From Perkinsus chesapeaki ATCC PRA-425 (taxonomy: Eukaryota > Protista > Perkinsozoa), in assembly GCA_013115145.1 (NCBI GenBank), contig JAAPAO010000146.1, positions 1-62,667 on the forward strand: 62,667 nucleotides of DNA, written 5' to 3'. The translations under genes and the position numbers were made by a program. This document shows, in pieces, positions 12,358 to 25,045 of the stretch. Below the pieces are notes generated by a model, which was not told where the DNA came from, did no database searches, and was given only the letters and a program-made list of their open reading frames with translations. The first letter of the stretch is position 1. Each line of letters begins with the position of its first letter.

Positions 12358-12980
12358 GTGAGCTGGTATTGTAATCTTTCCATGCAGCCGTGCTTATACC
12401 GACCCCAAATAGCCGGCCCAGTTTTGAGAATCGGATTACGTTTATTTTGTATGGTGGATTTATATCCAGCAATCATTTTCTGGCTTTCACGCCAAGCCGA
12501 CAACGCGGAGTGCGAAGGGTGGATAAAATGTATCTCCAACTCACATCAGTGTACGGAGGCTTAGTGACAGAGTTTGCTTTCGATGTGGGAAAATGGAGAA
12601 TTTTGAGCTATTTCACAGACCACGCAGTATTCCAGAGTTGATATTCGAATACTAAGAGTCAAATTCAGTATTAAGTTCATTATTGACCATCTTCTTCTAT
12701 CGTCACATAACGCGACATGTTTACACAGAAAACGGGCTACTTAATAGCCAACTGATAACAGGGGAGAATCAGTCCGAATGAATGCGAGTGGAAGAATGAA
12801 TCAAATCCACCGGTTAAAAGGCTCAATAAATGTCGGACTCGTTATTCTCGCATGATAGGATGGGATGGTAGTTCGCTGATGCTCCCATAAATAATGGGAT
12901 AATTATGATACTCGGCATGAACCTAGCAGTAACGGAATTCACCACGGCTTCTTCCACTAGGGTGAGCTCGCTACCGACGT

Positions 12981-15378
12981 TTAGCTGCGAGTCCCCGACT
13001 CGCTAAGATGGGAAGTAGGCAGCTCGTTATCAAGGAACTGATTAACCATCTGAAGGGCTACCGCTGGTTGATCCATGGGTACCGTATGACCCGCCTGATA
13101 GACCTGAAAGTATCAGTCAGAAAATGTCGACTAGAACTAAATCGGCGAACTGCTTACCTGCATAAATGCGAACTGACCTCCATTATCCAAAGTGACGCTC
13201 CTCAGTTTACCGACGGCGGTGCCGGAAGGGTCCTAAAATATATAAAGTTTAGGCACCTATTCTGGACCCACGCATGTCCCATTGTCCTACGAACCTTATA
13301 CTCTTTATCTTCCTCGTTCTTGAACTTCTCCTGCCCCTTCCACTCGAGCTCCAATGCCCAGTGCTTGTTACCAATCCAGTTGCAAATATAGTCGACATCC
13401 CCAGCATAAATCAAGACCTGAAGAAGAGCTAATTCAACTGTGCAATATCTCTAAGCTTCCAGTACGGGCGATATATAGACACGAAACTCAGCGAATGGGG
13501 AATCCACAGGGTATGCTAGAATAGGTAATTTCATACCCGCAAACCTCCTTCGATTTGGTCAGTGAGCAGAGTGTGGAAGTTGTGCATCCAATCCTGGTTG
13601 AACAGCAAGTTGACCTAAGGGGGCATCCGCTTCAGCCATTAAGGAGACGCACTGACTATTTTATTGCACTGCTGCCACTCCGTATTCACTCCCAGCTGCT
13701 CCTGGACCGATTTGTTATTGAGGAATTTATCGACCTGAGAAATCAAAACTCAGAACCAATTCCTTGAGGGCAGACTCACATTAGAAAAATCGTAACAGAG
13801 TGGTGGATGGTCGCATTTCTTGCGCATATCGTATCTGTGAAAGAAGGTTAGTAAGCAGCGAGAGTTCATTCCAAGGACTCACGGATTGAGCCCTTTGAGC
13901 TGGTAGGGGGTGAGCAAGGGAAGGTTGCATCTCAAGAATGCTACGCTGCATCTCCACCCTAAATCACAGTACTCACACGGCGTCACTGGCAGGGCCGACG
14001 GCTGATTGGAAACTTCCGTCCTTTTGGTCATGAGAAATAATGTGTGATCGGTGGATGAAAATGAGTGAAAAGGCAGGCTATGGTCTGCAGCCTAGAGAAA
14101 AACAGAGCAATTTGTAGCATAATAGATCATTGTAGTTTTCGGAGATTTAATGTCTGCATGCGCAATATGACCTGGATCGATTGTTGTAACTCCTTACCTC
14201 CATTCTTGTTGCAGCTTTTAATAGCATCCACGCAACCTGGTACAGTAGCCTTCATTATCCAATACCTGCAGCAGGGATAGAGAATATGAATATCATGGCA
14301 CCCAGCTCACTCTAACTTCGAGACTCGGCTTGGGGCAGTAGTGCTATTATACGCCATGTCCGGGTACCACTTGTATCTGTTATACAACAATACTGCATGG
14401 TACCGACTAACCAATACTCACTGTTCTTCCGGGTCAGTCATACCATTGCCAATAGCCACCCCTTCTAGCTTGATGGTCAATGTGTTAGCTTTCTGGTTCT
14501 CAATGAATATCTTGTGTGAGATGGCGGGTATATAATGACCTGAAGTGAATAGTTCACTGTGAACTATTTAACCTATCCAATAACACAACCAACTAATAGC
14601 TCACCAGCGTAAGATTCTCCGGTTATGTAAAATTTTCTGTTATATTCAGGATGCTTGTCAAATAAGTGAACGAGGAAAGCATACCTGTCGGGTATGGGAA
14701 CAAATTCGAAAACCAAAAGAGATTCTCACATATCCTCGGCAACACCGGTTTCGTCGTGATCGTACGTTCCACTACTGAAACCTGTTCCTGGAGGTTGGTC
14801 AACCCAAAAGATATTTGATCGATTATTCCACGAATACCTGAGAGAGGTACCCTCACAGCGGGTGTGTACAAGATCGGCCCTGCTCATTAGGAATCGTATC
14901 AGTGCCGTCCTTGTTGACCGTGCAAGGTCCATTCTCGCCGAGCAAAGCCAACTGGCTGCTGCAGCCAGGCCCGCCGGTTAGCCACATAACCGTTGGATCA
15001 TTTTTGGGATCGGTACGGGATTCAAAGAACCAGAAGAAGTAACTGAAGTGACTATGTATGGGAAACCCCGCGAAACTGGAGCTAACCTCTTCCCCGGTCG
15101 AGCATCAAAATAACCGGAAAGTTGAGCTACCGAAGGGTCGCAGAGACCCCCATTTTGTTTCATGGACGTGATAGTTAACTTGGGCTTGAAGAATTCCTCA
15201 GCCCCAGGGACACTCACCGGTTGCTTTTTCGGGCCGCCGAGGAAATCTGAAACGAGAGCAGCTATCACCGCACATCGGGCAGCGTATAATGACCATCAGG
15301 CGCAAACATGCCATTCATAAGCATCTGCCCCACTGCGGGGACGGATAGCAGAAGGATTTGCACGACGGGAGTGAACAT
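12981..15378 (-). CDS. Serine carboxypeptidase S10 (CPY/CPVL-like), secreted, copy 1
   Basis: Signal peptide [17 protein letters not shown]; [26 protein letters not shown]|HY (Ser), [10 protein letters not shown] (Asp), [13 protein letters not shown] (His). Confidence 0.92.
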
Positions 15379-15538
15379 GAGCCGAGCCTGGGTTTAAAAC
15401 CTGGTCAATCGGAAACTTGGAAAGATGGTTTGGATTTTACTGTCTGACGAGCTTGGTCTCCCATAACAATTTGCTCGACGGTGGATATTGTGTGGGTCAA
15501 GAAATACAAGCACAGGATACCGGCTCAATCGCCGACGC

Positions 15539-16200
15539 TTATTCGTAGTACTGTAGTAAAGAGGTCACTGAACCCGGTGCACCTGCGTGCATAACGTAAC
15601 ACGCATGTACGTAAGTTGTACCAGAGAGGTCGCCACAATTGTGAGCTTCTTTCACAAGCAACTTCATATCCCGTGCGCCAGTCTGGACTTGATACGCGGA
15701 GTTGATCTGCTCTTCTGTGCTTTCCTACTCTGTGCCTGTCCTTGTTACGCGGAAGTTTTGTTGATGGTAATGAGCGCCCGCCCGTGACCTTGGATGGAAG
15801 AAATCGCATAAAAACGATATTTTGCTCAAGTAGTATTTCTCTCAGATCAGGAGCTACAATTTTCCGGTACCCGATGTGATCCCTCCTTTTTCTGACATTG
15901 TCTGATGGTTTATCTTTCTTTATCTGACACCCTGACCACTGGGTCTGTATCATGAAACAAGTAGCTTGATCCCACTACAACTACAGGGTATGAAGGTTAA
16001 CGGTACGAGGCGAGTAAGAGAAAACATGTTAAGCTTTTGAGGTCGGCTGAAGTGTTCAACCGGTAAGTCGAGCGCGTCGGCAAGAACTCAGGTTCGGGGA
16101 CAGATTGCCAACTTTCTCGTATTTCTTAAGATCTTACTCGCCGTCATCCTACGTTCGGCTCTTCTCTGAGCACGTCGGCGTTTGCTGGGTGTTATAAGCG
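15539..16200 (-). CDS. Hypothetical protein, multi-exon (start approximate)
   Basis: Exons ...HIGYRKIVAPDLREILLEQNIVFMRFLPSK|ESTEEQINSAYQVQTGARDMKLLVKEAHNCGDLS|GAPGSVTSLLQYYE*. Confidence 0.45.
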
Positions 16201-16417
16201 TTACTAGCTCTGTGAGAGATCAAAGTCTGGAGCCAATTTGGACTTGGGTTGTGATACTGGTCCACGGGAGTCATGCTGCGACCAGAGGTTTATCGGTTAT
16301 TAGCCGTTCAGCATTTTGCCGGAGAAGATTTGACCATAGAATTCGACATCAAGTCCCCTGGTGGTGGCTCTTCTTCCTGGAAAATGCCAATTTCTACTTT
16401 TGCGATCGTCCTAAGAG

Positions 16418-16978
16418 ATGGCACTGACGAACTTGTCGGATGTACGTAGCTCCAGGAAGGAATTGGTATTCACCCTTAACCTCATGTCGGAAGAAGCGCG
16501 CACGAGCCGACCAGCCGAACCCTCGCCAGGGAACATCATGAATCATCAGGTGCCATCTCGGATCGAGTGTGCCTTACTTGATGGACCGTGTCTCCTTTTG
16601 GGCAGGTGCATGTCGACCACCACAGCTGTGATATTTCGGACGAACTACTCGAATTTATGATAAAAGAGGCAAAGTCTTGTAAGGTCTTCATATCTGGCCT
16701 TTCTAACTACTCATGATGACTTCGTCCCAGGCGAGACCGGTCGATTAAAGATTTCTTCAACGTCTTACAGCGATGTGGCTAGGGAAATGAAAAAGGCAAT
16801 TGAAGAACACTGTGGCGGTGGAAACAACGGAGGCTCGTCTTTTAGTTGATCTGGCACTTCAGGCACTTGGCATGTGATCGTTGGAAAGGGCTTTGGTGCA
16901 CACGTTTCCGCCGAAGTGAATCATTTGGCCCATTTCAACGTCGGTGCTACCGCCTTCATGATGTATAAGCATGGTTAA
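16418..16978 (+). CDS. Dynein light chain type 1 (LC8) family protein with N-terminal extension
   Basis: DVAREMKKAIEEHCGG|TWHVIVGKGFGAHVSAEVNHLAHFNVGATAFMMYKHG*. Confidence 0.85.
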
Positions 16979-17230
16979 TGCTGAGCTCAAGGTGGCATTG
17001 TCGCGTTAAGTTAGAGTTGCGATTTGGAAGTTCCCGATCTGTTAGTTGTTAGCAGTCGAGTTAGGACGTATTGCCGTTAACATCCGCAGACAGCCTCGAG
17101 TTTTGATCTTCCTATTCTTGCAAAACACGACACTTACCATATAAAAACTCAAACTCTGACACAAATCGATACGAACTGATTCAAGAAATCTAGATAGCCA
17201 TGCACCGCGCTCCTGGTATGACACATAAGT

Positions 17231-19651
17231 TTACAAAACTATATCGATCTCAATAGGAGCGTTATCGAACAAGTCATATTCCTCGTAGGCCATCATGTTG
17301 GCAAATTCAACCTTTTTAGGCCTTTCCAGAGTCGAGGTCGGGAATTCGTTATCAATAAATTCATTCAACATCGTAAGAGCTACAGCCGGTTGGTCCATTG
17401 GCACCATATGTCCCGCCTGATAGACCTGCAAACATCACGGAGTCAATGACAACTGGGGTTTAGTCTTTATTCGACCCACCTGCAAGAATGTGAACTGACC
17501 TCCGTTGTCCAACGACACGCTCCTGAGTTTGCCAACGCCCGTGCCCGATGGATCCTAAAGACACGCAGAACCCGTAAGTGCTAAGCTGAGTGCAGAACAG
17601 TCGTGTTTACCTTATACTCTTTATCTTCCTCATTCTTGAACTTCTCCTGCCCCTTCCACTCGAGCTCCAATGCCCAGTGCTTGTTACCAATCCAGTTGCA
17701 AATATAGTCGACATCCCCAGCATAAATCAATACCTGAACACCAAGTGTCCGCAGCAATATGGTACTCGAGGGCGGCCGATAGCCGGGAGGTTATCCATAT
17801 CTTACACGCAGACCTCCTTCGATTTGGTCAACAAGGAGAGAGTGGAAGTTGTGCATAAAGTCCCAGTTGAACATCAAGTTGACCTAAGGAGCAGCCTGTC
17901 TGCGACATCGCGGAGCTTCTTACGATGGTGTTGCACTCCTGCCACTTCGTGTTCACTCCCAGTTGTTCTTGAACAGACTTCGTATTGAGGAATTTATCGA
18001 CCTGGGAAATTCGGTAACATCGACGCATTGGAGAAGAAACTAACATTTGAGAAATCGTAACAGAGTGGTGGATGCTCGCATTTCTGACGCATATCGTATC
18101 TATAAAAGGCTTGAGTTAACATCCGGTGACACTCTGAGATCACTCACGGGTTGAGCCCCTTGCTCTGATATGGGCCAAATAGTGCACGGTTGCACTGCAT
18201 AAATGCCAAGGAGCATGGGAATCCTACACACAAATGATCACAGGTTACCAGGTGCGCCGAGCGAGTTAGCAAAATGCTCCCAACTATTTTGTAGGAGATT
18301 CGCGGTGTTCAGAAGGCCTCGAAACCCGCCAGAGCCCACTAATTGCACCAAAGTGCTCATGAGGTACTAAGTGGGAAGATAACTTGTGTAATGTACGAGA
18401 TTCCCGCTCTTGCCTGATGGAACTATGTTAATATGGGTAGTGCACGCACCAGTCCAGCTGAAAGGGTTAAAACGTGCTTACCTCCACCTTTGTTGCATTT
18501 CTGAATAGCTTGCACGCAGCCCGGTACAGCCGCCTTCATGTCTTCGTACCTAAAATGGTATACCAATCTAATCTTATCATATCTGTCTTACTCTTTTTCA
18601 GAGACTCGGCTTGGGGCGGTAGTGCTATTATACGCCATGTCCGGGTACCACTTGTATCTGTTATACAAGAATACTGCATGGTACCGACTAACCAATACTC
18701 ACTGTTCTTCCGGGTCAGTCATACCATTGCCAATAGCCACCCCTTCTAGCTTGATGGTCAATGTGTTAGCTTTCTGGTTCTCAATGAATATCTTGTGTGA
18801 GATGGCGGGTATATAATGACCTGAAGTGAATAGTTCACTGTGAACTATTTAACCTATCCAATAACACAACCAACTAATAGCTCACCAGCGTAAGATTCTC
18901 CGGTTATGTAAAATTTTCTGTTATATTCAGGATGCTTGTCAAATAAGTGGACGAGGAAAGCATACCTGTCGGGTATGGGAACAAATTCGAAAACCAAAAG
19001 AGTTTCTCACATATCCTCGGCAACACCGGTTTCGTCGTGATCGTACGTTCCGTTACTGAAACCTGTTCCTGGAGGTTGGTCAACCCAAAAGATATTTGAT
19101 CGATTATTCCACGAATACCTGAGAGAGGTACCCTCACAGCGGGTTTGTACAAGATCGGCCCTGCTCATTAGGAATCGTATCAGTGCCGTCCTTGTTGACC
19201 GTGCAAGGTCCATTCTCGCCGAGCAAAGCCAACTGGCTGCTGCAGCCGGGCCCACCAGTTAGCCACATAACCGTCGGATCGTTTTTCGGATCGGTACGGG
19301 ATTCAAAAAACCAGAAGAAGTAACTGAAGTGACTGTGTAGGGCAGACCAGCATAACTAGAGCTAACCTCTTCCCCGGTCCCGCATCAAAATATCCGGCAA
19401 ACTGGGCAACCGAGGGGTCGCAAAGACCGTCCTTTTCTCGCATTGACGTGATTGTTAACTTGGGTTCGAACCATTCCTCAGGGGGATTAACAGGCCGTTC
19501 TCTCATACGGTCCAGGTAATCTATAATAGTAATGTAATTGGATGGAAAATCAGCTATCACCATTAGCCATCAACATGTCACTCATGAGTAACTGTCCCAT
19601 AACAGGGGCGGCGCACAGTATGAGTATGACTGGGAAGACGGCGATGAGCAT
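17231..19651 (-). CDS. Serine carboxypeptidase S10, secreted, copy 2
   Basis: Signal peptide [19 protein letters not shown]; same catalytic motifs GESYAG|[18 protein letters not shown]. Confidence 0.92.
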
Positions 19652-20308
19652 AATGAAGCTTGAAAGCTGCTTATTACAAATATGACAACGTTTCGATCAA
19701 ATGTCTAAAGAGGCAATCGTGTTCATGGTAGGGTACAGCAAACCTCACAGTGCTCATTAGCCACGACATCAGTTTCTTAAGGAGCTATTGTACGCTACCG
19801 AGCAATTACAGGCGACACCTCAGCGCAATGAACTCTGACTCGCAGCGTTTAAGTGCGTGAGACGAGCACGGACGTTCATGCCATTCGAGGCGCCGCTACG
19901 TGAAAGCTTTCCAGTTCAGGCCGAAACATCGAGACTACGAAAGAGAACTCCTTAATTCGAGTTGAGTAATCCAACGGCTGGAATCAGAGGTGGTTCAAAG
20001 CACTGCTTGTTAAGCCACCCTAACGCATTATTCAGGTCACCAAAGTACCCAATAATTCAGCGATAGGGTGGCCAATCCTGGCATAAGGATTACATAACAA
20101 ACCCTCGGGAGCTCACAGGCAGAATTTACACTACACACTGATAAATTATGGTTCATTGTTGTCGTCGCAGCAGGAGAGAACGCCTTCAGTCTGCTAGTAA
20201 GATTTCCACATCCAAACTGGACAAAATACAATCTGAAACGCTCACCGATTATCATTCCCAAGACCATCATGAAAACACACTGATAACAGGCGAAAAATGA
20301 ACAACCGA

Positions 20309-20381
20309 GGGGGACTAGCTCAAATGGTAGAGCGCTCGCTTAGCAAGCGAGAGGCACCGGGATCGATGCCCGGGTTCTCCA
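20309..20381 (+). tRNA. tRNA-Ala(AGC)
   Basis: Identical to the 73-nt gene at 1611; followed by TTTT. Confidence 0.97.
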
Positions 20382-20622
20382 TTTTGGCGAACTCCCATCG
20401 ATTCGCATCCCACCGACGTTGGCATATAAGATGCTTGTATCGTATCACACATGAAACTAGTGACTAATAGTTACTGGAAGTCACTGAAACTCGGAGACGG
20501 AAGCGAAAACCGAATTTACTGGAGCCAGTCAATTCTTTTTCTGTCTCGAATGCAGTGTACGGTGCAGGAGTCGAGAATAAAGCGTCCGGACACAATCAGT
20601 GTCTACCAAAGTTCATAACAAC

Positions 20623-20696
20623 TGGTCGATGCAGGGCTCGAACCTGCGACCCTCGCGTTATTAGCACGATGCTCTAACCGACTGAGCTAAACGACC
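20623..20696 (-). tRNA. tRNA-Ile(AAT)
   Basis: Reverse complement GGTCGTTTAGCTCAGTCGGTTAGAGCATCGTGCTAATAACGCGAGGGTCGCAGGTTCGAGCCCTGCATCGACCA; anticodon loop CTAATAA. Confidence 0.97.
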
Positions 20697-21109
20697 ACTG
20701 AAAACAATTGTACAAGAAGCATGTCCACCAATCCTATACAGAGACACATACAGTGCGAAAATTGCTAAAAGTGAATACTGCTAAAAACACAAGCGCTAGA
20801 GATTCAGCCAGCTGGATGGCAAGCTAGACAGTCCTAACAAATGAGCGCACATGTTACAGCGCCGTATATACCACTGAATTGCTCTCCGGTGCTGACGATT
20901 GTAGTCATCGATAAAACAGCTGCGCTCGCCTTGGCACGCACGCACGCCCAAAGCGCGCAGGGTGCGCATCGACCGGCACATGATGTGCCGCACATCCCTA
21001 GCATGTTGTGGTAGATTCTTTTCTCCTCACACTGATTACCAGTTAAATAAAAAGTATTAAAATTGAAGGATCCTTGACGGAAGGTGCCGGGTAAGGAAAA
21101 CCTAACAAC

Positions 21110-21182
21110 GGGGGACTAGCTCAAATGGTAGAGCGCTCGCTTAGCAAGCGAGAGGCACCGGGATCGATGCCCGGGTTCTCCA
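21110..21182 (+). tRNA. tRNA-Ala(AGC)
   Basis: Third identical copy. Confidence 0.97.
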
Positions 21183-21330
21183 TTTCTACCCCGGTAATAG
21201 TTTTAGTTAAAGCTAAATTGTAAGAACTTAAAGGCGGCGTCCATTGTCTCACTCAGCACAAGACTTCACAAGACTGTTCTTAAATAAAACAGAATTTCAT
21301 ACGCAATGCAACAATCTAAAATATTCAGAA

Positions 21331-23090
21331 CTACTCACGTGGTGTACTCTGCTCACCCCGACCTGAGCCAGAGCTTTTGCTATGGACATCGCTTCGAGCT
21401 AGGCTGCTACCGCTGACATTCCCATCCTCACAGCTTGCCACTGTATGCCCATCCTCCATATTAGCTCTGCATTCCTCAATGCTGGTTACGTCGGCTTGTG
21501 TGAGGAGAGGGAGCGTCTCTACACCATCTAACTCCACGTCGAAGTCAATAGTGGCTTGCGGGGCTGGACGGCCGATAAGTTGATCAGCCAAGCCTGCAGG
21601 CAGGTGCCGACCCACCGTAGTGGCGAACTCGTGCCTAGCTATCATCTCGGCCTTCGTAGCGGAAGCTATTTTAGCCTCCGCAATGTGAACTAGTTTCACA
21701 AAGTCATCATGTGCCTTTCGGCGACGGACCACTTCGGCGACATAACCCTTGTAGGCGTCGGCAGTTCTTTCAACATGTGCCACGTTTGAAGATGCTCTGC
21801 GCTCCAGCTGAGCTACAACCTCTATAAGCATTCGACCCTCGGCCTCAACCGAGCGAGCGATCCCCGCCGACCGGCCAGCTTCACTGCAGGCACCCAGCAC
21901 CTCCTTTTGGCGTGACTCCCATGCAACCAAACATGCATGGTAGGACTCCTCTCCCCGGGCCACCGCTGACAGCTCGAGGTCATCCGATAAGATGCGCCGG
22001 ATTTCCTTCTCCCGCTCGAGGACCTCTGGACCGCTGGTAGTCGGTAGCGGCATATTAGTTAACAGAGCGGGCCTTATCTCGTCCGCAACACGCTCGACAA
22101 GCCCTTTAAGGATCGCCAGCTCGGCTGTAAGAGTACCCGTTGCTGATTGGGTGAACTCTGCTTTAAGTGCTCGAGAACCGCAGAGTGTCTTCACTTGCTT
22201 GGACCATGCCTCGATGCTCGACCGAGTCCGCGAAATGCGACCGAGTGTGTCGGAAAGGAAAGCCTTAACCTTATCGTGTGGGAGAAGATCCGACTGAAAT
22301 GGTAAGATGTTCCCACCGAACCCGGCCTACATCACTCACTTACCAGCGTGCCTGGTGATCCTGGCAGTGATGCCGAAACGGCTAGGTGGAGTTCGATTCC
22401 TGGCAGCTCCTCCTCAAGTATGGCCATCGCCTTCTTCACACGGAGCTCCAAGTTGTGAAGCCTCTCTTTAGCTCCAGCAGCATCAACCTCCACTAACCTC
22501 TGGCTGCACCGCTTAACCCACTCACCGAGGGCAGAGAGAGCCTTCTCCTGGAGGGCAAGGCACGCCACAAGGCCTTTCACTTTATCGTAAGACTTCACTA
22601 AACTCGTCCATTTGTTCTTGGTCAGCTCGAGCCAGGTCTTCGCTTGTGCCCTGAATGCGGCGTCCACAGAATCGGGCACTGTCCATTTCCTCTCATCAAC
22701 AGCCTCATCAGTGGCTGTCTTCGCTCCGCTTAAAATAGAATGCAAATCCGGCAGCAACAGCCTCGAGTTGTCCACCAGCTCTGGGTTAGGCATCAAGGCA
22801 GACCACGGATAAACGAAGACGGCAGCTTCGTCGCAGACAGAGTTGCCAGCTGTCACGTCCTCTCCAGTGGCGCTGACTGCCAAGAAGGTCTGCCGGGGTT
22901 TCTGATAAGACCGCGGGCCTCCTCTGGTGGGCGTGGAGCTAGAGCCATCATCAGGCCACTGCTGCGCTGCGAACTGTTCTATGTCACCCACGGGCAATGG
23001 ACGCGAAGTGCCAAAGACACCGTGTATACATAGCTTGGGTGTGATCTCTAGTGCAGAAGGAGGGCCACGAGTTACGTGAGTGCGGGCCAT
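21331..23090 (-). CDS. Atg11/Atg17/RB1CC1-like autophagy scaffold (APG17 domain; start approximate)
   Basis: YKGYVAEVVRRRK...EMIARHEFATTVGRHLPAGL...IDFDVEL resembles the APG17 consensus; upstream LQEKALSAL and LPGIELHLAV resemble the Atg11 N-terminal region. Confidence 0.62.
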
Positions 23091-23239
23091 GAGAAGACCT
23101 AGGTACACAGACCCTACCAACGGAAGTGGCATAGCCCAGGGCAAACACGACAAATAGGGCGAGAACAACTTAAAAAGGTTCATGATGGCGACACTGTGGA
23201 GATATAGAGGCCAGACAGGACTATCATGGCTGAAGTGAT

Positions 23240-23809
23240 CTTCACTCCGATATCGGATGCCTAAGCAGCGGCAAGATGAACTGCGTGCCTGCCCTAGATG
23301 GACCTACCGGTCGACCGACTCTTGCGGTAGACCAGAGCAGTACGGCAAGAAGGAGATTGCACACCTGTTGGAGGCCTGCCTCTGCTGCATTCACCAACGC
23401 GGCGGACGGGCAGCGGGAATAGGCAAAGGGCGCTGAAATTGAGGAAGACTGGAGGCCATTGCGGCACCGGCGAGGCTGCTACCAAGGGAAACCCCCAACA
23501 GAGAGAGGCCCTGCGATACGAACGCTCCGAATAAATCTATCGTTCGAACACGTATGCGAACCCAGCGGAGAACTGGGGACTTGACCTGATCGAGGGACCG
23601 GCTGCAAGGCAATTGGCTTCGATGGTTACCTCCCCCGCTGAATGGTTCACTAATATGAGCCTTCTCTCTCGCCTGGGCTGAACTACAGCCTGGCGGAGGG
23701 AGGGTACTATAACGACAAGTGACAGGGCACAAAGACCGTTGCCGCAACGACTGTAGGCGGCAAAGGCAGATGACAAAAGGGTATCATCAACCAATGGATA
23801 CGTTGTCAT
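23240..23809 (-). CDS. Hypothetical protein (structure uncertain)
   Basis: Chain of short open segments starting MTTYPLVDDTLLSSAFAAY. Confidence 0.3.
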
Positions 23810-23899
23810 AGCGGTAGTGTGAGTGCCTGAACTGTGGGATTAGAGGAAGGAGCGGTATGAGAAGTACTAACAGAAGTGCATTAGCATATTATAGGCCAC

Positions 23900-25043
23900 G
23901 GAGAGTGCCTCACTAAGGACGCAGAGTCCGACGCCAATCCCACGATCACCGTGCCAGAAGCTGAGAAGGGCATCGCTAATCTGACCCAGATGCGGAGCCT
24001 ACCTCGATTGAAGCATGAGGGTAATCTCCCCTCGTACGGCCGGGAGCAGCCCTCCTATTGTAGTGATGACCGTAGCAAGTACAGTGAGAAGACCTGAAAG
24101 CCAGCAAGGAAGAACAGGCGGCCGCAGTGATAGTAGTTACCAATGGGCCTGGTGCCTGTCATGGCATGAAGAGGAAGCATTAAAAGTGCAGAGAGCTGCA
24201 ACAGTGGCGTTATAACGGTGGAGGGAATCTTGCAATAAGCCCTGATCGAAGAGGGTTTACACTGGCCGAGGTCAAGCAAGGGCAGAACCTCAGAAGGCAG
24301 TAGTATGACAGGAAATGGAGTACCCCTGCTAGAGTAGCCAAGGACTCTAGACCCTGCACTTCATTCAATGGTAGGACCGACAGGCCGACCAGACCGAGTA
24401 CGAGGGAGAGACCAGCTCCTACCAGAGCCACGAACTCCGGTGAGAGTGATGGCTTGGCGAGGGAGGAAGCCGATACCTGAGGGACAGTTGGGCAATAGAA
24501 AAGTGCAGAGCGTGTGGTATTGCTTGGGATATAGGAAGCTGGATCCTCTATTTGAACTACGACATTTATTCATATTGGAGCAAAGTGCGTAGGGTACAAA
24601 GCTCAAAGATCTACGATAGAAGTAAGGCACGCAAACGTAGCTGTGTGAAGACTCTTAGTGCTCAATTGTGGATGAATGGCGTATGGGGGACATTGAGAGC
24701 ATCCCCGGGTAGCCGAGCTTATCCAGCATGTACACCAATCACCTTAGATTCTGCTCCTCCTTCCGCAGAGGGAGTTGAGGTAGCTATAATATGATCACAA
24801 CAGATATCCGATAAAGCCCAACAGGACGTAGCCACTACAACGGGCCCCAACCAAGATGATGTGGAGGACATAAGCCACCACCACTAAGCCCCCAAAGCTC
24901 CCTCTTGACAAGAACAACACCACAAGTCGAGATAACAGAATGTTAGATGGAAACGTCTGGTATTTAGTGGCTTCCCTTGTCAGTAGTAGGAAGGGAGCCG
25001 AGACGGTGTTAATCAACTGGACAGTGATGGTGGTAGACGGCAT
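23900..25043 (-). CDS. Hypothetical polytopic membrane protein (boundaries approximate)
   Basis: Multiple hydrophobic exons: FGGLVVVAYVLHIILVG, VALVGAGLSLVLGLVGLSVL, LATLAGVLHFLSYYCLL, LFFLAGFQVFSLYLL. Confidence 0.4.
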
Positions 25044-25045
25044 GT

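Noticed and set aside
20037-20993. Small ORFs in the tRNA island (20037-20270, 20796-20993)
   Set aside because: Short, near-cognate starts, no homologous motifs
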